Assembly (NCBI GenBank): GCA_963742735.1
Contig: CAVUMN010000004.1
Location: 1,184,001-1,248,000, forward strand
Length of the DNA stretch: 64,000 nt
Source: an uncultured Actinomycetes bacterium
GTDB lineage: Bacteria; Actinomycetota; UBA4738; JBBDTT01
Direction of reading: 5' to 3'
In this document: one piece after another, positions 1-11,637 of the stretch
Layout: each line of letters starts with the position of its first letter
Position numbering within the stretch: the first letter of the stretch is position 1
Position numbers and translations under genes: made by a program
The notes under the pieces: generated by a model
Database searches by the model: none
Told to the model about the DNA's origin: nothing
The model's input: the letters and a program-made list of their open reading frames with translations, nothing else

Positions 1-2
1 AC

Positions 3-455
3 GTGGGGCTCGACTTCGAGTCGATCCAGGCCGCCGGGTCGCTGCTCGGGACCGGCGCGGTCATCGTCCTGGACGAGACCGACTGCATCGTCGACGCCGC
101 GATGCGGCTGACGCAGTTCTACGCCCACGAGTCCTGCGGCAAGTGCACGCCCTGCCGCGAGGGAACGTGGTGGATGACCAAGGTCTACGCCCGGCTCGAG
201 AACGGCCTGGGTCGAAAAGAGGATCTCCCGCTCCTGCAGAACGTCAGCGACAACATCCTGTTCAAGGCGTTCTGCGCGCTCGCCGACGGCGCGGTCTCGC
301 CGGTCGCCTCGAGCCTGAAGCACTTCTACGCGGAGTACGAGGCCCACGTCACCGGCAAGGGCTGTCCGTTCAAGCACTCGGCGACGGTGGGCGCGATCAC
401 TGGCCGGGAGGCGCCGGTCGAGGCCGCCATCCCGAAGACCGAGGTGATCCCGTGA
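3..455 (+). CDS. nuoF: NADH-quinone oxidoreductase subunit F, C-terminal part (gene begins upstream of window)
   Basis: GSLLGTGAVIV...HESCGKCTPCREG...FCALADG 4Fe-4S (N3) motif; TGA overlaps nuoG GTG. Confidence 0.95.
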   Translation: MGLDFESIQAAGSLLGTGAVIVLDETDCIVDAAMRLTQFYAHESCGKCTPCREGTWWMTKVYARLENGLGRKEDLPLLQNVSDNILFKAFCALADGAVSPVASSLKHFYAEYEAHVTGKGCPFKHSATVGAITGREAPVEAAIPKTEVIP

Positions 456-2860
456 CCGCCAACGACGAGGTCGTCACCCTCGTGGTGGACGGCAAGGAGG
501 TCACCGTCCCCGCCGGGACGCTGATCATCCGCGCCGCCGAGGCCCTGGGAATCGAGATCCCCCGGTTCTGCGACCACCCCCTCCTGGAGCCGGTCGCCGC
601 GTGCCGGCAGTGCTACGTGCACGTCGAGGGCCAGCGCAAGCTCATGACGTCCTGCTCCACGCCGGTCGCGGACGGCATGGTCGTGCAGACCCAGAACACG
701 AACGACGAGGTCAAGGACGCGCAGGAGGCGGTCCTCGAGTTCCTGCTGATCAACCACCCTCTCGACTGCCCGATCTGCGACCGGGGCGGGGAGTGCCCGC
801 TGCAGGACCAGGCCCTCGGCTACGGCACCGGCGTGTCGCGATACGTGGAGCCGAAGCGCACCTTCAAGAAGCCGATCCCGCTTTCGCCGCTGGTGAACCT
901 GGACCGCGAGCGCTGCGTGCTGTGCGCCCGGTGCACGCGGTTCTGCGACGAGATCTCCGGCGACCGGTTCATCGAGCTGTTCTCTCGCGGCGCGGCCGAA
1001 CAGGTCTCGATCTCGCCGGGCGAGGACTTCAAGAGCCCGTTCTCCGGCAACACCGTGCAGATCTGCCCGGTCGGCGCGCTGACCTCCACGCCCTACCGGT
1101 TCGCGGCCCGGCCGTTCGACCTGGCCTACGAGGACACGGTGTGCCCGCACTGCGCCTCCGGCTGCACGATCCGAGTCGACACCCGCCGCGGCGAGGTCGT
1201 GCGTCACCTGGCTCGCGACAACTACGACGTGAACGACGCGTGGCTGTGCGACAAGGGTCGCTACGCGTTCCGGTGGCCCGACGTCGACCGGCTGGAGCTG
1301 CCGTTGCTGCGGCGGGGAGGCGGACTGGAGCCCGCATCCTTCGAGGAGGTCTTCGAGGCCATCGGCGGGTGGGCGTCCACCGGCCGCGTGGCGATCCTGG
1401 CCGGCGGGCGCCTGTCCGACGAGAGCGCCTACGCCCTGTCCAAGCTCGCACGGATCGGCTTCGAGACGAACGACGTCGACCACCGCCAGCTCGGCTCGCC
1501 GGACCTGCCCCTGGGCGTCGAACGGGCCCACGCCGCCGGGTCCCCGGTGACCTACCGCGACGTCGAGCGTGCCAAGGCCATCGTCCTGGTGGGTCTCGAC
1601 GCCGAGAACGAGCTTCCGATCCTGCACCTTCGGATCCGCAAGGCCGTCCGCAAGACCGGCGCGAAGGTCTTCGTCGTCGGGCCGCGGCGAACCCGGCTGC
1701 ACGACGTGGCCGAGCACATCCCCAGCCTGCCCGGCGGCGAGGCCGCAGTGCTCGCCCGCATCGCCGCGGCGCAGGACGCCGACACCGCGCTCGGCCGGGC
1801 GGCCGCGGCGCTGCGCGAGGCGGGGGACGCGGGCGTGGTCCTGGCCGGGCCCCGGCTCGCCGAGTCCGCCGGCGCCGTGTCGCGGACCGTGAGCCTGGCC
1901 CAGTCCACGGGCGCGCGGTTCGCCTACCTGTGCCGCCGCGCCAACGACCGCGGCGCGCTGCGCGCCGGGCTCCACCCCGCGCTGCTTCCGGGAGGCCACG
2001 TCGTGGAGGACGACGCGGACCGGGCCGAGGTCGAGGTGGCGTGGGGCGCGCTGGTCCCGAAGCGGCCGGGACGCAACGCGGCCGCGATCCTGGAGGCCTG
2101 CGCCAACCACGAGATCGACCTGCTGTACCTGGTCGGCGTGGACCCGCTGCGCGACTTCCCCGACGAGGAGCTGGTCCGCCGGGCCCTCTCCAACGTCCGC
2201 TACAAGGTCGTCCAGGACCCGGTTCGCACGGACCTGGACATCTACGCCGACGCGATGCTCCCGGCGACCCCGTTCCTGGAGTCCGACGGGCACTACACCG
2301 ACTGGGAGGGCCGCGCGCAGCGCCTGCGCCCCGTCCGGCCCCCGGTCGGCCTGGCGCGGCCCGACTGGGAGATCTTCCAGGGCATCTCCGAGGTCCTGGG
2401 CCGCGACCTTCGGTTCGCGACGCTCGAGGCCCTCCAGGAGGAGCTCGCCGGGTTCCTCCAGCCGCGGGAGGTGACGATCACCGTCTCCGCGGGGACGGCG
2501 GACCTGGCGCTGGGGGACACCGGCGACACCCTGGCGCTGTTCACGTACCCGCTGCTGGTCGACGAGGGGCGGCTGTCCACGGGCGCCGGCGAGCTGAAGG
2601 AGGCCCTCGAGGAGCCGGCGTTCGTCGAGGTCCATCCCGAGGACGCGGGCCGGCTGGGGCTCGAGGAGGGCGAGACGGCGACCGTCGTCACCAGCCGGGG
2701 CGAGGCGACGCTCCCCGTGCGGGTCTCCGCGGCCGTCGTTCGAGGCGCCGCGTTCGTCCCGTTCAACAACCCGGGACTCGCCGCGAACACGCTCCTGAGT
2801 GGCAAGCACTACACCGCCGCGCGGATCGAGCAGCCGAACGGAACCGGGGACGAGGCCTGA
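452..2860 (+). CDS. nuoG: NADH-quinone oxidoreductase subunit G
   Basis: GTGA overlap with nuoF; IPRFCDHP..CRQC, HPLDCPICDRGGECPLQ, CVLCARCTRFC, CPHCASGC Fe-S motifs; molybdopterin-oxidoreductase-like C-terminus. Confidence 0.95.
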   Translation: MTANDEVVTLVVDGKEVTVPAGTLIIRAAEALGIEIPRFCDHPLLEPVAACRQCYVHVEGQRKLMTSCSTPVADGMVVQTQNTNDEVKDAQEAVLEFLLINHPLDCPICDRGGECPLQDQALGYGTGVSRYVEPKRTFKKPIPLSPLVNLDRERCVLCARCTRFCDEISGDRFIELFSRGAAEQVSISPGEDFKSPFSGNTVQICPVGALTSTPYRFAARPFDLAYEDTVCPHCASGCTIRVDTRRGEVVRHLARDNYDVNDAWLCDKGRYAFRWPDVDRLELPLLRRGGGLEPASFEEVFEAIGGWASTGRVAILAGGRLSDESAYALSKLARIGFETNDVDHRQLGSPDLPLGVERAHAAGSPVTYRDVERAKAIVLVGLDAENELPILHLRIRKAVRKTGAKVFVVGPRRTRLHDVAEHIPSLPGGEAAVLARIAAAQDADTALGRAAAALREAGDAGVVLAGPRLAESAGAVSRTVSLAQSTGARFAYLCRRANDRGALRAGLHPALLPGGHVVEDDADRAEVEVAWGALVPKRPGRNAAAILEACANHEIDLLYLVGVDPLRDFPDEELVRRALSNVRYKVVQDPVRTDLDIYADAMLPATPFLESDGHYTDWEGRAQRLRPVRPPVGLARPDWEIFQGISEVLGRDLRFATLEALQEELAGFLQPREVTITVSAGTADLALGDTGDTLALFTYPLLVDEGRLSTGAGELKEALEEPAFVEVHPEDAGRLGLEEGETATVVTSRGEATLPVRVSAAVVRGAAFVPFNNPGLAANTLLSGKHYTAARIEQPNGTGDEA

Positions 2861-4026
2861 TGGACTTCGTCGACTGGCTGTTCCTGGTCCTGCGGATCCT
2901 CGTGGTGTTCCTGGTGCTGCTCATCGCCGTGATGCTGCTGATCTGGTACGAGCGCAAGGCGGTCGCCGACATGCAGACGCGGATCGGTCCGAAGCGAGCC
3001 GGCCCGGCCGGGATCCTCATCTCGATCGCGGACGGCATCAAGCTGTTCTTCAAGGAGGGGTTCACGCCCACGGCCGCGGACCGCCCGGTGTTCATCCTGG
3101 CCCCGATCCTGTCGCTCGTCCCGGCCTTCCTGGCCTTTGCGGTGATCCCGTTCGGGACGGGAGTCCACCTGTTCGGACGTGACATCCCGTTCCAGATCGC
3201 CGACCTGAACGTCGGGGTGCTGTGGATCCTGGCGATGAGCTCCCTGGCCGTCTACGGGATCGTCCTGGCCGGCTGGTCGAGCGGCTCGCACTACCCGCTG
3301 TTCGGCTCGATCCGCTCGTCCGCACAGATGATCAGCTACGAGGTCGGCATGAGCCTGGGGCTCATCGCCGTCCTGATGTACTCGGGGACGCTCTCGATGA
3401 GCGAGATCGTGGAGTTCCAGGCCCGACACTTCGAGGCCACGGGCCTGGGATGGATGGCCCGGTGGAACATCATCGCCCAGTTCCCAGCCTTCGTGATCTT
3501 CATGACCGCGGCGATGGCCGAGACCAACCGCCACCCGTTCGACCTCCCCGAGGCCGAGAGCGAGCTGGTCGCCGGCTACAACACCGAATACACCGGCATC
3601 AAGTTCGCCATGTTCTTCCTGGCCGAGTACCTGCACATGATCACGGTCTCGGCGGTCGCGGTGACGTTGTTCCTGGGCGGGTGGCACGGGCCGCAGTTCG
3701 ACGCGGTGCCCTGGTTGTGGCCGCTGCTGTGGTTCCTGGTGAAGCTCTTCGTCGTCCTGTTCCTCTTCATCTGGATCCGGGCGACCCTGCCCCGGTTCCG
3801 CTACGACCGCCTGATGCGCCTGGGGTGGAAGGTCCTGATCCCGGTGGGGCTGTTCTGGGTCCTGGCGACGGGGGCGATCGTCGTCCTTCCCGACGTCTAC
3901 GGACCGAACGCCTTCCGCGTCGGGCTGTACGTGATCGGCGGCGCGCTGCTGCTGATCTACGTGGTCGCGCCGGTGTTCGTTCGCAAGCCCGAGTCGGCGG
4001 AGGCTCCGCAGGAGGCGCCGCGATGA
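2860..4026 (+). CDS. nuoH: NADH-quinone oxidoreductase subunit H
   Basis: [49 protein letters not shown]; ATG overlaps nuoG TGA. Confidence 0.95.
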   Translation: MDFVDWLFLVLRILVVFLVLLIAVMLLIWYERKAVADMQTRIGPKRAGPAGILISIADGIKLFFKEGFTPTAADRPVFILAPILSLVPAFLAFAVIPFGTGVHLFGRDIPFQIADLNVGVLWILAMSSLAVYGIVLAGWSSGSHYPLFGSIRSSAQMISYEVGMSLGLIAVLMYSGTLSMSEIVEFQARHFEATGLGWMARWNIIAQFPAFVIFMTAAMAETNRHPFDLPEAESELVAGYNTEYTGIKFAMFFLAEYLHMITVSAVAVTLFLGGWHGPQFDAVPWLWPLLWFLVKLFVVLFLFIWIRATLPRFRYDRLMRLGWKVLIPVGLFWVLATGAIVVLPDVYGPNAFRVGLYVIGGALLLIYVVAPVFVRKPESAEAPQEAPR

Positions 4027-4481
4027 TCGCGCTCCTCAAGGGCATGTGGACGACGTTCAAGCAGATCTTCCGCCGGAACGTCACCACGCAGTACCCGAAG
4101 GAGATCCCGGACCTGCCCGAGCGCTCGCACATCGGGCGCCACCTGCTGAATCGCCACCCCGACGGCCGCGAGAAGTGCATCGGGTGCGAGCTGTGCGCGT
4201 ACGCGTGCCCGGCCGACGCGATCTACGTCCAGGGCGAGGACAACGACCCCGACAAGCCGATCTCGGTCGGGGAGCGGTACGCGTCGGTGTACCAGATCAA
4301 CTACCTGCGCTGCATCATGTGCGGCCTCTGCGTCGAGGCCTGCCCCACCCGAGCCCTGACCCTCACCCCGAACTTCGAGCTCGCGTTCCTCACCCGCGAG
4401 GACGCGATCATGGAGAAGGACCAGCTCCTCACCCCGCCCCCAGCCCTGGGCACCGCCCCGGGCACGGACCAGGGGAGGTAG
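4023..4481 (+). CDS. nuoI: NADH-quinone oxidoreductase subunit I
   Basis: Two CxxCxxCxxxCP motifs ([24 protein letters not shown]); ATGA overlap. Confidence 0.95.
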   Translation: MIALLKGMWTTFKQIFRRNVTTQYPKEIPDLPERSHIGRHLLNRHPDGREKCIGCELCAYACPADAIYVQGEDNDPDKPISVGERYASVYQINYLRCIMCGLCVEACPTRALTLTPNFELAFLTREDAIMEKDQLLTPPPALGTAPGTDQGR

Positions 4482-4483
4482 CG

Positions 4484-5049
<566 letters not shown>

Positions 5050-5053
<4 letters not shown>

Positions 5054-5355
5054 AGACCCCGATCGCCTACTACCTGATCCTGTCCGGGGTCCTGTTCGCG
5101 ATCGGGACCGTCGGCGTCCTGGTGCGCAAGAACGCGCTGATCATCTTCATGTCCGTCGAGCTCCAGCTGAACGCCGTGAACCTGAGCCTGGTCGCGTTCT
5201 CGCGGCAGCTGGGGAACCTGAACGGACAGGTCCTGGCGTTCTTCTCGATGGTAGTGGCCGCGGCCGAGGTGGTGGTCGGCCTGGCGATCATCGTGTCGAT
5301 CTTCCGCCAGCGGCAGAGCGTGGACGTGGACGACGTTTCGGTCCTTCGCGGATGA
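5050..5355 (+). CDS. nuoK: NADH-quinone oxidoreductase subunit K
   Basis: [24 protein letters not shown]; 101 aa, three hydrophobic segments. Confidence 0.95.
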
Positions 5356-7226
5356 AGCTCGTCTGGCTCGTGCCCGCGCTTCCCCTCGCCGGCTCGGCGG
5401 CGCTCCTCCTGTTCGGCAAGCGCCTCCGGGCGGTTGCCGGCGGGCTCGCGTCGGCGACGGTGGCGGCCTCCTTCGTCATCGCCGTGGTGGTCCTGCTGGA
5501 CCTGATGGGCCTCGAGGGGCACAACCGCGTGTACGTCCACGGGCTGTGGGACTGGCTGGTGGCCGGCTCGCTGCGGGTGCCGATCGAGCTCCGCGTCGAC
5601 ACGCTGTCGATGGTGATGGTCCTCACCGTCACCGGGGTCGGCTTCCTGATCCACGTCTACTCGATGGACTACATGCACGGCGACCCGCGGTACACGCGGT
5701 TCTTCGCCTACCTGAACCTGTTCGTGTTCTTCATGCTCACGCTGGTCCTGGCGAACAACTTCGTCCTCATGTACGTCGGGTGGGAGGGCGTGGGTCTCTG
5801 CTCGTACCTGCTGATCTCGTTCTGGTTCGAGAAGAAGTCTGCCGCGGACGCCGGGAAGAAGGCGTTCATCGTCACCCGCATCGGCGACACCGGGATGCTG
5901 ATCGGGATCCTGCTGTTGTTCGGACAGGTGGGCACGCTGGACTTCGACGGCGCGTTCGCACTGGCGGGGTCGCTGCCCGACGGCACGGCGACGGCGATCG
6001 CGCTGCTGCTGTTCGCCGGCGCGGTCGGCAAGTCGGCCCAGCTGCCGCTGTCGAACTGGCTGCCCGACGCGATGGAGGGCCCCACGCCGGTCTCGGCCCT
6101 GATCCACGCGGCGACCATGGTCACCGCCGGCGTCTACCTGGTCGTCCGCGCCCACCCGATCTTCGAGGCGTCGCCCGTGGCGCTGGACGTGGTGGCGATC
6201 GTCGGCACCATCACCGCGGTGTACGCGGCGACCGCCGCCCTGGGCCAGGACGACCTGAAACGGGTCCTCGCGTACTCGACGATCAGTCAGCTGGGGTTCA
6301 TGTTCCTGGCAGCCGGCGTCGGCGCGTACACGGTGGCGATCTTCCATCTGGTGTCGCACGCGTTCTTCAAGGCCCTGCTGTTCCTGGGCGCGGGGAGCGT
6401 CATGCACGCCACGGACGGCGAGATCGACGTTCGGCGGCTCGGCGGCCTTCGAAGAGAGATGCCGGTCACGGCCTGGACGTTCGTGATCGGCGCGCTGGCC
6501 CTGGCGGGGCTCCCGCCGCTGGCGGGATTCTTCAGCAAGGACCAGATCCTGGCCTCGGCCTACGAGGGGGGACGGATCGCCCTGTGGATCACCGCCCTCG
6601 TGGCCGCGGCGTTCACCGCGTTCTACATCGCCCGGGCGACGCTGCTGACCTTCTTCGGCGAGCCCCGCCATCAGAAGCACCCGCACGAGTCGCCGGTGCT
6701 GATGACGGCGCCGCTCATGGTCTTGGCCGCGCTGACGGTCCTCGGCGGGCTGCTCGGCCTGTCCGCCACCGACGGCGTGATCGCCAGGTTCCTCGGCGAG
6801 GGGTTCGCGGGGGCCGAGCACTCCGCGGCGTCGGGCCTCTCCGAGCTCGCGCTCGGGCTGATCGCCACCGGCCTGTCGGCAACGGCCCTCGTCTTCGGCT
6901 GGTACGTGTACGGCTCGGGGCGCGTGGACTGGACGGTCCTGCGCGAGCAGGTCGGCCCGCTGCACACCGCCATGGCGCGGGGATGGTTCCTGGACGACGT
7001 CTACGACCGGCTGATCGTCGTCCCCGGCAAGGCCCTGACCTCGGCCCTCTCCCGCGGCGTGGACCAGGGCGTGATCGACCGCTCCATCGTCGGGATCGGC
7101 CACGCGTTCGCCGGACTCGCCCGGGTGGGCCGGCGCGTCCAGACGGGCTTCGTCCGTTCCTACGCGCTGGTGTTCCTGCTCGGCGCGGTGAGCCTGCTCC
7201 TCTATCTCTCGGCGCGGTTCCGATGA
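5352..7226 (+). CDS. nuoL: NADH-quinone oxidoreductase subunit L
   Basis: [52 protein letters not shown]. Confidence 0.96.
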   Translation: MKLVWLVPALPLAGSAALLLFGKRLRAVAGGLASATVAASFVIAVVVLLDLMGLEGHNRVYVHGLWDWLVAGSLRVPIELRVDTLSMVMVLTVTGVGFLIHVYSMDYMHGDPRYTRFFAYLNLFVFFMLTLVLANNFVLMYVGWEGVGLCSYLLISFWFEKKSAADAGKKAFIVTRIGDTGMLIGILLLFGQVGTLDFDGAFALAGSLPDGTATAIALLLFAGAVGKSAQLPLSNWLPDAMEGPTPVSALIHAATMVTAGVYLVVRAHPIFEASPVALDVVAIVGTITAVYAATAALGQDDLKRVLAYSTISQLGFMFLAAGVGAYTVAIFHLVSHAFFKALLFLGAGSVMHATDGEIDVRRLGGLRREMPVTAWTFVIGALALAGLPPLAGFFSKDQILASAYEGGRIALWITALVAAAFTAFYIARATLLTFFGEPRHQKHPHESPVLMTAPLMVLAALTVLGGLLGLSATDGVIARFLGEGFAGAEHSAASGLSELALGLIATGLSATALVFGWYVYGSGRVDWTVLREQVGPLHTAMARGWFLDDVYDRLIVVPGKALTSALSRGVDQGVIDRSIVGIGHAFAGLARVGRRVQTGFVRSYALVFLLGAVSLLLYLSARFR

Positions 7227-8722
7227 AGGTCTTCCCCTGGCTCTCGGCCGTGACGTTCGCGCCCCTGATCGGCGCGGCGGTCCTGGCCGTCCTGCCGAAG
7301 GGCCGCGACGCGCTGTACCGCTGGGTGGCGCTGGTGGCCTCCGTGGTCACGTTCGTCATCGCCGTGGGCCTGCTCGGCGCCTACGACGAGGGCGTCCGCG
7401 GCTTCCAGCTCATCGAGCGGGCGGTGTGGGTCGACTCTCTGAACCTGCGCTACTCGCTCGGCGTGGACGGCATCAGCCTGTTCATGGTCCTGCTGACGGC
7501 GTTCCTGATGCCGCTGTCCATCCTGGCGTCGTGGAAGGTCGAGCGCAGCGTCCGCTACTTCATGATCGCGCTGCTCGTCCTGGAGACGGCGATGGTCGGC
7601 AGCTTCCTGGCTCTGGACCTGCTGCTGTTCTTCGTCTTCTTCGAGGCGCTGCTGTTCCCGATGTACCTGATCATCGGGGGGTGGGGCGGCGAGCGCCGGA
7701 TCTACGCGGCGCTCAAGTTCTTCCTCTACACGATGGCGGGGTCGGCCTTCCTGCTCGTCGCGATCCTGTTCCTGTACTTCCGGGCCGAGCCGAACACGTT
7801 CGACCTGGTCGAGCTCCAGGGGCTGGCCCTGCCCGCGGTTACCTCCCGGTGGCTGTTCCTGGCGTTCTTCGTGGCGTTCGCGGTGAAGGTCCCGCTGTTC
7901 CCGCTGCACACCTGGCTTCCCGACGCGCACACCGAGGCCCCCACGGCCGGCTCGGTGATCCTGGCCGCCGTCCTGCTGAAGATCGGCGCGTACGGGCTCA
8001 TCCGGTTCAACCTGACCCTGTTCCCGGAGGCTTCGCGGTACTTCCGCGTGTTCGTGATGGTCCTGGCGGTGATCGGGATCGTGTACGGGGCGATCGTCGC
8101 CCTCGGCCAGCGCGACGTGAAACGCCTCGTCGCGTACTCGAGCGTCTCCCACCTGGGGTTCGTGATCCTCGGCATCTTCGCGTTCACGCCCGAGGGGATG
8201 ACCGGCGGCGTGATCCAGATGGTCAACCACGGCCTGTCGACCGGCGCGCTGTTCCTGCTGGTCGGGATGCTCTATGAGCGGACGCACACCCGGGACATGG
8301 ACGCCCTCGGCGGCCTGGGCACCGTGACGCCGGTGCTGGCCGGGTTCCTGCTCGTAGTCGCGCTGTCGTCGCTGGCCCTGCCCGGCCTGAACGGGTTCGT
8401 CGGGGAGTTCCTGGTGTTCGTCGGGACGTTCCCCGTGCACCAGGCCCTCACGGTGGTGGCCACGGCCGGCGTGGTGCTCTCGGCGCTGTACCTGCTTTGG
8501 TCGTTCCAGCGGATCATGCACGGACCGGCGCGCGAGTCGGTGCGGCACCCGGACCTGACGCTGCGCGAGTACGCCATCCTGGTTCCGATCGTCGCCGCCA
8601 TCGTGTTCGTCGGGGTGTACCCGAAGCCGCTGCTCGAACGGATCGACTCCTCGGTCGTGGACACCGCGAAGATCGTCCGGCAGGTCGAGACCTCGACGGT
8701 CCTCGGCTCGGAGGCGCCCTGA
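7223..8722 (+). CDS. nuoM: NADH-quinone oxidoreductase subunit M
   Basis: GVDGIS, KVPLFPLHTWLPDAHTEAP, LKIGAYG, AYSSVSHLG; ATGA overlap with nuoL. Confidence 0.95.
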   Translation: MKVFPWLSAVTFAPLIGAAVLAVLPKGRDALYRWVALVASVVTFVIAVGLLGAYDEGVRGFQLIERAVWVDSLNLRYSLGVDGISLFMVLLTAFLMPLSILASWKVERSVRYFMIALLVLETAMVGSFLALDLLLFFVFFEALLFPMYLIIGGWGGERRIYAALKFFLYTMAGSAFLLVAILFLYFRAEPNTFDLVELQGLALPAVTSRWLFLAFFVAFAVKVPLFPLHTWLPDAHTEAPTAGSVILAAVLLKIGAYGLIRFNLTLFPEASRYFRVFVMVLAVIGIVYGAIVALGQRDVKRLVAYSSVSHLGFVILGIFAFTPEGMTGGVIQMVNHGLSTGALFLLVGMLYERTHTRDMDALGGLGTVTPVLAGFLLVVALSSLALPGLNGFVGEFLVFVGTFPVHQALTVVATAGVVLSALYLLWSFQRIMHGPARESVRHPDLTLREYAILVPIVAAIVFVGVYPKPLLERIDSSVVDTAKIVRQVETSTVLGSEAP

Positions 8723-10182
8723 TGCCGATCCCGGCCCCCAGCCTCGACCTGATCCCGGTCATGCCGGAGATCGTGCTCGCGGGCATCGCCCTGCTCCTGC
8801 TGGTCGGGGAGGCCACGGCCCGGCGGGCCGACACGCGGATGGTCGGGGCCGTGGTGGGTCTGCTGGCGATCGCCGGCGCGGCGTACGCGTCCGTGCAGCT
8901 GTGGGACCGGGAGAGCGAGGCGACCGTCCTCGGCGGCATGATCACCGCGGATCGGTTCGCCGTGTTCTTCCGCCTGCTGGTGCTCGGCGTCACCGCCGTC
9001 GCGATCGGGTTCGCCCACCACTACTTTCGGCGGACCCCCGAGGACTACCGCAGCGAGTTCTATCCGCTGCTGCTGCTCGCGGCGACGGGGATGACCCTGC
9101 TCGTGTCGGCGGGGGACCTGCTCATCGTGTTCCTGGCCCTGGAGCTGCTGTCCCTGGCCCTCTACATCCTGGCCGGGTTCTCGGTGGGGCGGCCCACCTC
9201 CCAGGAGGGGTCGATGAAGTACTTCCTGCTGGGGGCGTTCTCCTCGGCGTTCCTTCTGTACGGGGTGGCGATGGCGTACGGGGCCACCGGCACGACCTCG
9301 TTGACCGGCATCGCCCAGGACCTGGCGGGGGCCACGGGGACCCCCGCCCTGGCCCTGGTCTCGATCGGCTTGCTCGCGGTGGGCCTCGGGTTCAAGGTCG
9401 CCGCGGTGCCGTTCCACATGTGGACGCCCGACGTGTACCAGGGCGCGCCGACGCCCGTGACCGCGTTCATGTCGGCCGGGACGAAGATCGCCGGGTTCGC
9501 CGCGCTCCTGCGGGTGTTCATGGTCGCGTTCCACCCACTGCAGTGGGACTGGGTCCCGTTCGTCTACGCCCTGGCCGCGCTCACGATGCTGGTGGGCAGC
9601 GTGCTGGCCATCGCCCAGTCCGACGTGAAGCGGATGCTGGCCTACTCGAGCATCGCCCACGCCGGGTTCATCCTGGTCGGCGTCTCCGCCTCGAGCCAGG
9701 AGGGCATCTCCGGGGCGATGTTCTACCTGGTGGCGTACGCGGCGATGATCCTCGGCGCGTTCGGGATCGTGATGCTCGTGTCCGGCCGGGGAGAGGAGCG
9801 CACCGGCCTGTCGGCCTACGCCGGCCTGGCCGAGCGGAGCCCCGCCCTGGCGGCGCTGCTCGCGCTGTTCCTGCTTTCGCTGGCCGGGCTCCCCCCGACG
9901 GCGGGGTTCATCGCCAAGGTGACGGTGTTCAACGCCGCCATCCAGGCCGGGCACTGGCCGCTGGCCCTCGTGGCGGTGCTCTCGAGCGTGATCGCCGCGT
10001 TCTTCTACATCCGCGTGATCGTCCTGATGTACATGGAGCAGCCCGAGGAGTCCTCGGGCCTGATCACCACCGCGCCGGCGGCGATCGCCCTGGCCCCGGT
10101 AGCGATCCTCACGCTCGTCCTCGGCGTCTTCCCCTCCGTGCTCTTCGACATCCTGGAGAGCGCCGCGGTGCTCCAACTGTGA
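8722..10182 (+). CDS. nuoN: NADH-quinone oxidoreductase subunit N
   Basis: EGSMKYFLLG, FKVAAVPFHMWTPDVYQGAP, KRMLAYSSIAH. Confidence 0.95.
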   Translation: MPIPAPSLDLIPVMPEIVLAGIALLLLVGEATARRADTRMVGAVVGLLAIAGAAYASVQLWDRESEATVLGGMITADRFAVFFRLLVLGVTAVAIGFAHHYFRRTPEDYRSEFYPLLLLAATGMTLLVSAGDLLIVFLALELLSLALYILAGFSVGRPTSQEGSMKYFLLGAFSSAFLLYGVAMAYGATGTTSLTGIAQDLAGATGTPALALVSIGLLAVGLGFKVAAVPFHMWTPDVYQGAPTPVTAFMSAGTKIAGFAALLRVFMVAFHPLQWDWVPFVYALAALTMLVGSVLAIAQSDVKRMLAYSSIAHAGFILVGVSASSQEGISGAMFYLVAYAAMILGAFGIVMLVSGRGEERTGLSAYAGLAERSPALAALLALFLLSLAGLPPTAGFIAKVTVFNAAIQAGHWPLALVAVLSSVIAAFFYIRVIVLMYMEQPEESSGLITTAPAAIALAPVAILTLVLGVFPSVLFDILESAAVLQL

Positions 10183-10192
10183 ACGGGCTAGG

Positions 10193-10198
10193 TACGAT
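10193..10198 (+). promoter_or_regulatory. -10 hexamer (TACGAT) 6 nt before the ATG of the prenyl synthase; probable leaderless promoter
   Basis: TAnnnT motif at leaderless spacing, no Shine-Dalgarno. Confidence 0.5.
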
Positions 10199-10204
10199 CG
10201 AGCC

Positions 10205-11212
10205 ATGACCCGGTCGGTTCACCAGGGCCTGCTCATCCCCGACCCTGCGCTGGAGGCGGAGGTCGAGCGTCGCCTGGACGAGGTCGAGGAGATGCTCCAG
10301 AAGGTCGTCCGCTCGGACACGGCGTTCATGTCCGAGACGGCGGCGTACCTCCTGGACGCGGGCGGCAAGCGGTTCCGGCCGATGCTCGTGCTGCTGGCGG
10401 GCCAGTTCGGCGACCCGGCCGACTCCCGGCTGGTGCGCACGGCCGTCGCCGTCGAGCTCACCCACGTGGCGACGCTGTACCACGACGACGTCATCGACGA
10501 GGCCGATCACCGCCGCGGCATCGAGTCGGTGAACCATCGCTGGGACAACACGGTGGCGATCCTGGCGGGGGACTACCTGTTCGCGAAGGCCTCGGAGCTC
10601 GCCGCCGAGCTCGGCTCGGAGGTGTCGAGGCTGCTCGCCCGCACGATCGCCACGCTCTGCGACGGCCAGATCCGCGAGGTCCAGGGCGCCGGGCGCCTCG
10701 ATGGGGCCGTCGAGGGCTACATGGAGACGATCCGGCGCAAGACGGCCGCCCTCATCGCCACGTCGTGCCGGATGGGGGCCCAGATGTCCGACGCCGACGC
10801 CGAGACCGCCGACCGGCTCGACGCTTTCGGCGAAGCGCTCGGGGTCGCGTTCCAGCTCTCCGACGACATCATGGACGTGATCGCCACCGAGGCCGACCTG
10901 GGCAAGGACCCCGGCGTCGACCTCAAGGAGGGCGTTTACACGCTTCCGGTGATCTACGCGATGGAGCGCAGCGAGCGGGGGCCGGAGCTGCGGGCCCTGC
11001 TCGAGGCGGGTCCACCCGAGGGCGAACGCCTGGCCGCCTCGCTGGCGCTGGTGCGCAGCGACGCGGCGCTCGGGCCGTCTCGCGACGCCGTGACCGAGCA
11101 CGTGCGCCGGGCCGTGCGGGCCATCGAACCCCTGCCGGACGGGCCGGCGCGCGAGGCCCTGGTACACCTCGCGACGTTCCTGGCCACGCGGTGCGGCGCC
11201 CTCGCCCCCTGA
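10205..11212 (+). CDS. Long-chain polyprenyl diphosphate synthase (menaquinone side chain, HepT/GrcC-like)
   Basis: GGKRFRP, first Asp-rich motif HDDVID..RRG, KT, second motif FQLSDDIMD, GKDPGVDL. Confidence 0.9.
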   Translation: MTRSVHQGLLIPDPALEAEVERRLDEVEEMLQKVVRSDTAFMSETAAYLLDAGGKRFRPMLVLLAGQFGDPADSRLVRTAVAVELTHVATLYHDDVIDEADHRRGIESVNHRWDNTVAILAGDYLFAKASELAAELGSEVSRLLARTIATLCDGQIREVQGAGRLDGAVEGYMETIRRKTAALIATSCRMGAQMSDADAETADRLDAFGEALGVAFQLSDDIMDVIATEADLGKDPGVDLKEGVYTLPVIYAMERSERGPELRALLEAGPPEGERLAASLALVRSDAALGPSRDAVTEHVRRAVRAIEPLPDGPAREALVHLATFLATRCGALAP

Positions 11213-11214
11213 GC

Positions 11215-11610
11215 GTGCGCCCCCGCGTCCTCGCGGCGATCCTGCTGCTGGCCTCCGTCTCGCTGGGCGCTTGCGACTCCGAGCCGCCCCCGGCCCCCGA
11301 CCGCAAGGAGGACCGGTGGCTCGCCGCCGTCGACGGCCTGTGCGGGGCCCTGACCAGCGCCCAGGAGCCCGAGGCCTCCCAGCAGGCGTTCTACGACCGC
11401 TCCCATATGACCCTGCACGAGATCGCCGCCGAGCTCCAGTCGGTCGATCGCGCCGCGACGGCCGCGCTCCTGGAGGCCAAGAACCGCGTCGAGTCCGACT
11501 ACCGCGCGGGGGCGTCTCCCTCCGAGCTCGAGGCGGACCTGAGCCGGCTCATCACGTCGACCGTCGAGGGCCTGCGCGCCATGGACGTCGAGTCACCGGG
11601 GTGCGCGTGA
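11215..11610 (+). CDS. Hypothetical lipoprotein, predicted all-helical
   Basis: GTG start, signal peptide with lipobox LGA-C; HxxxH motif; GC3-rich codons. Confidence 0.7.
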   Translation: MRPRVLAAILLLASVSLGACDSEPPPAPDRKEDRWLAAVDGLCGALTSAQEPEASQQAFYDRSHMTLHEIAAELQSVDRAATAALLEAKNRVESDYRAGASPSELEADLSRLITSTVEGLRAMDVESPGCA

Positions 11611-11637
11611 TCGGGCGCCGTGTCGGATGATCAGCCC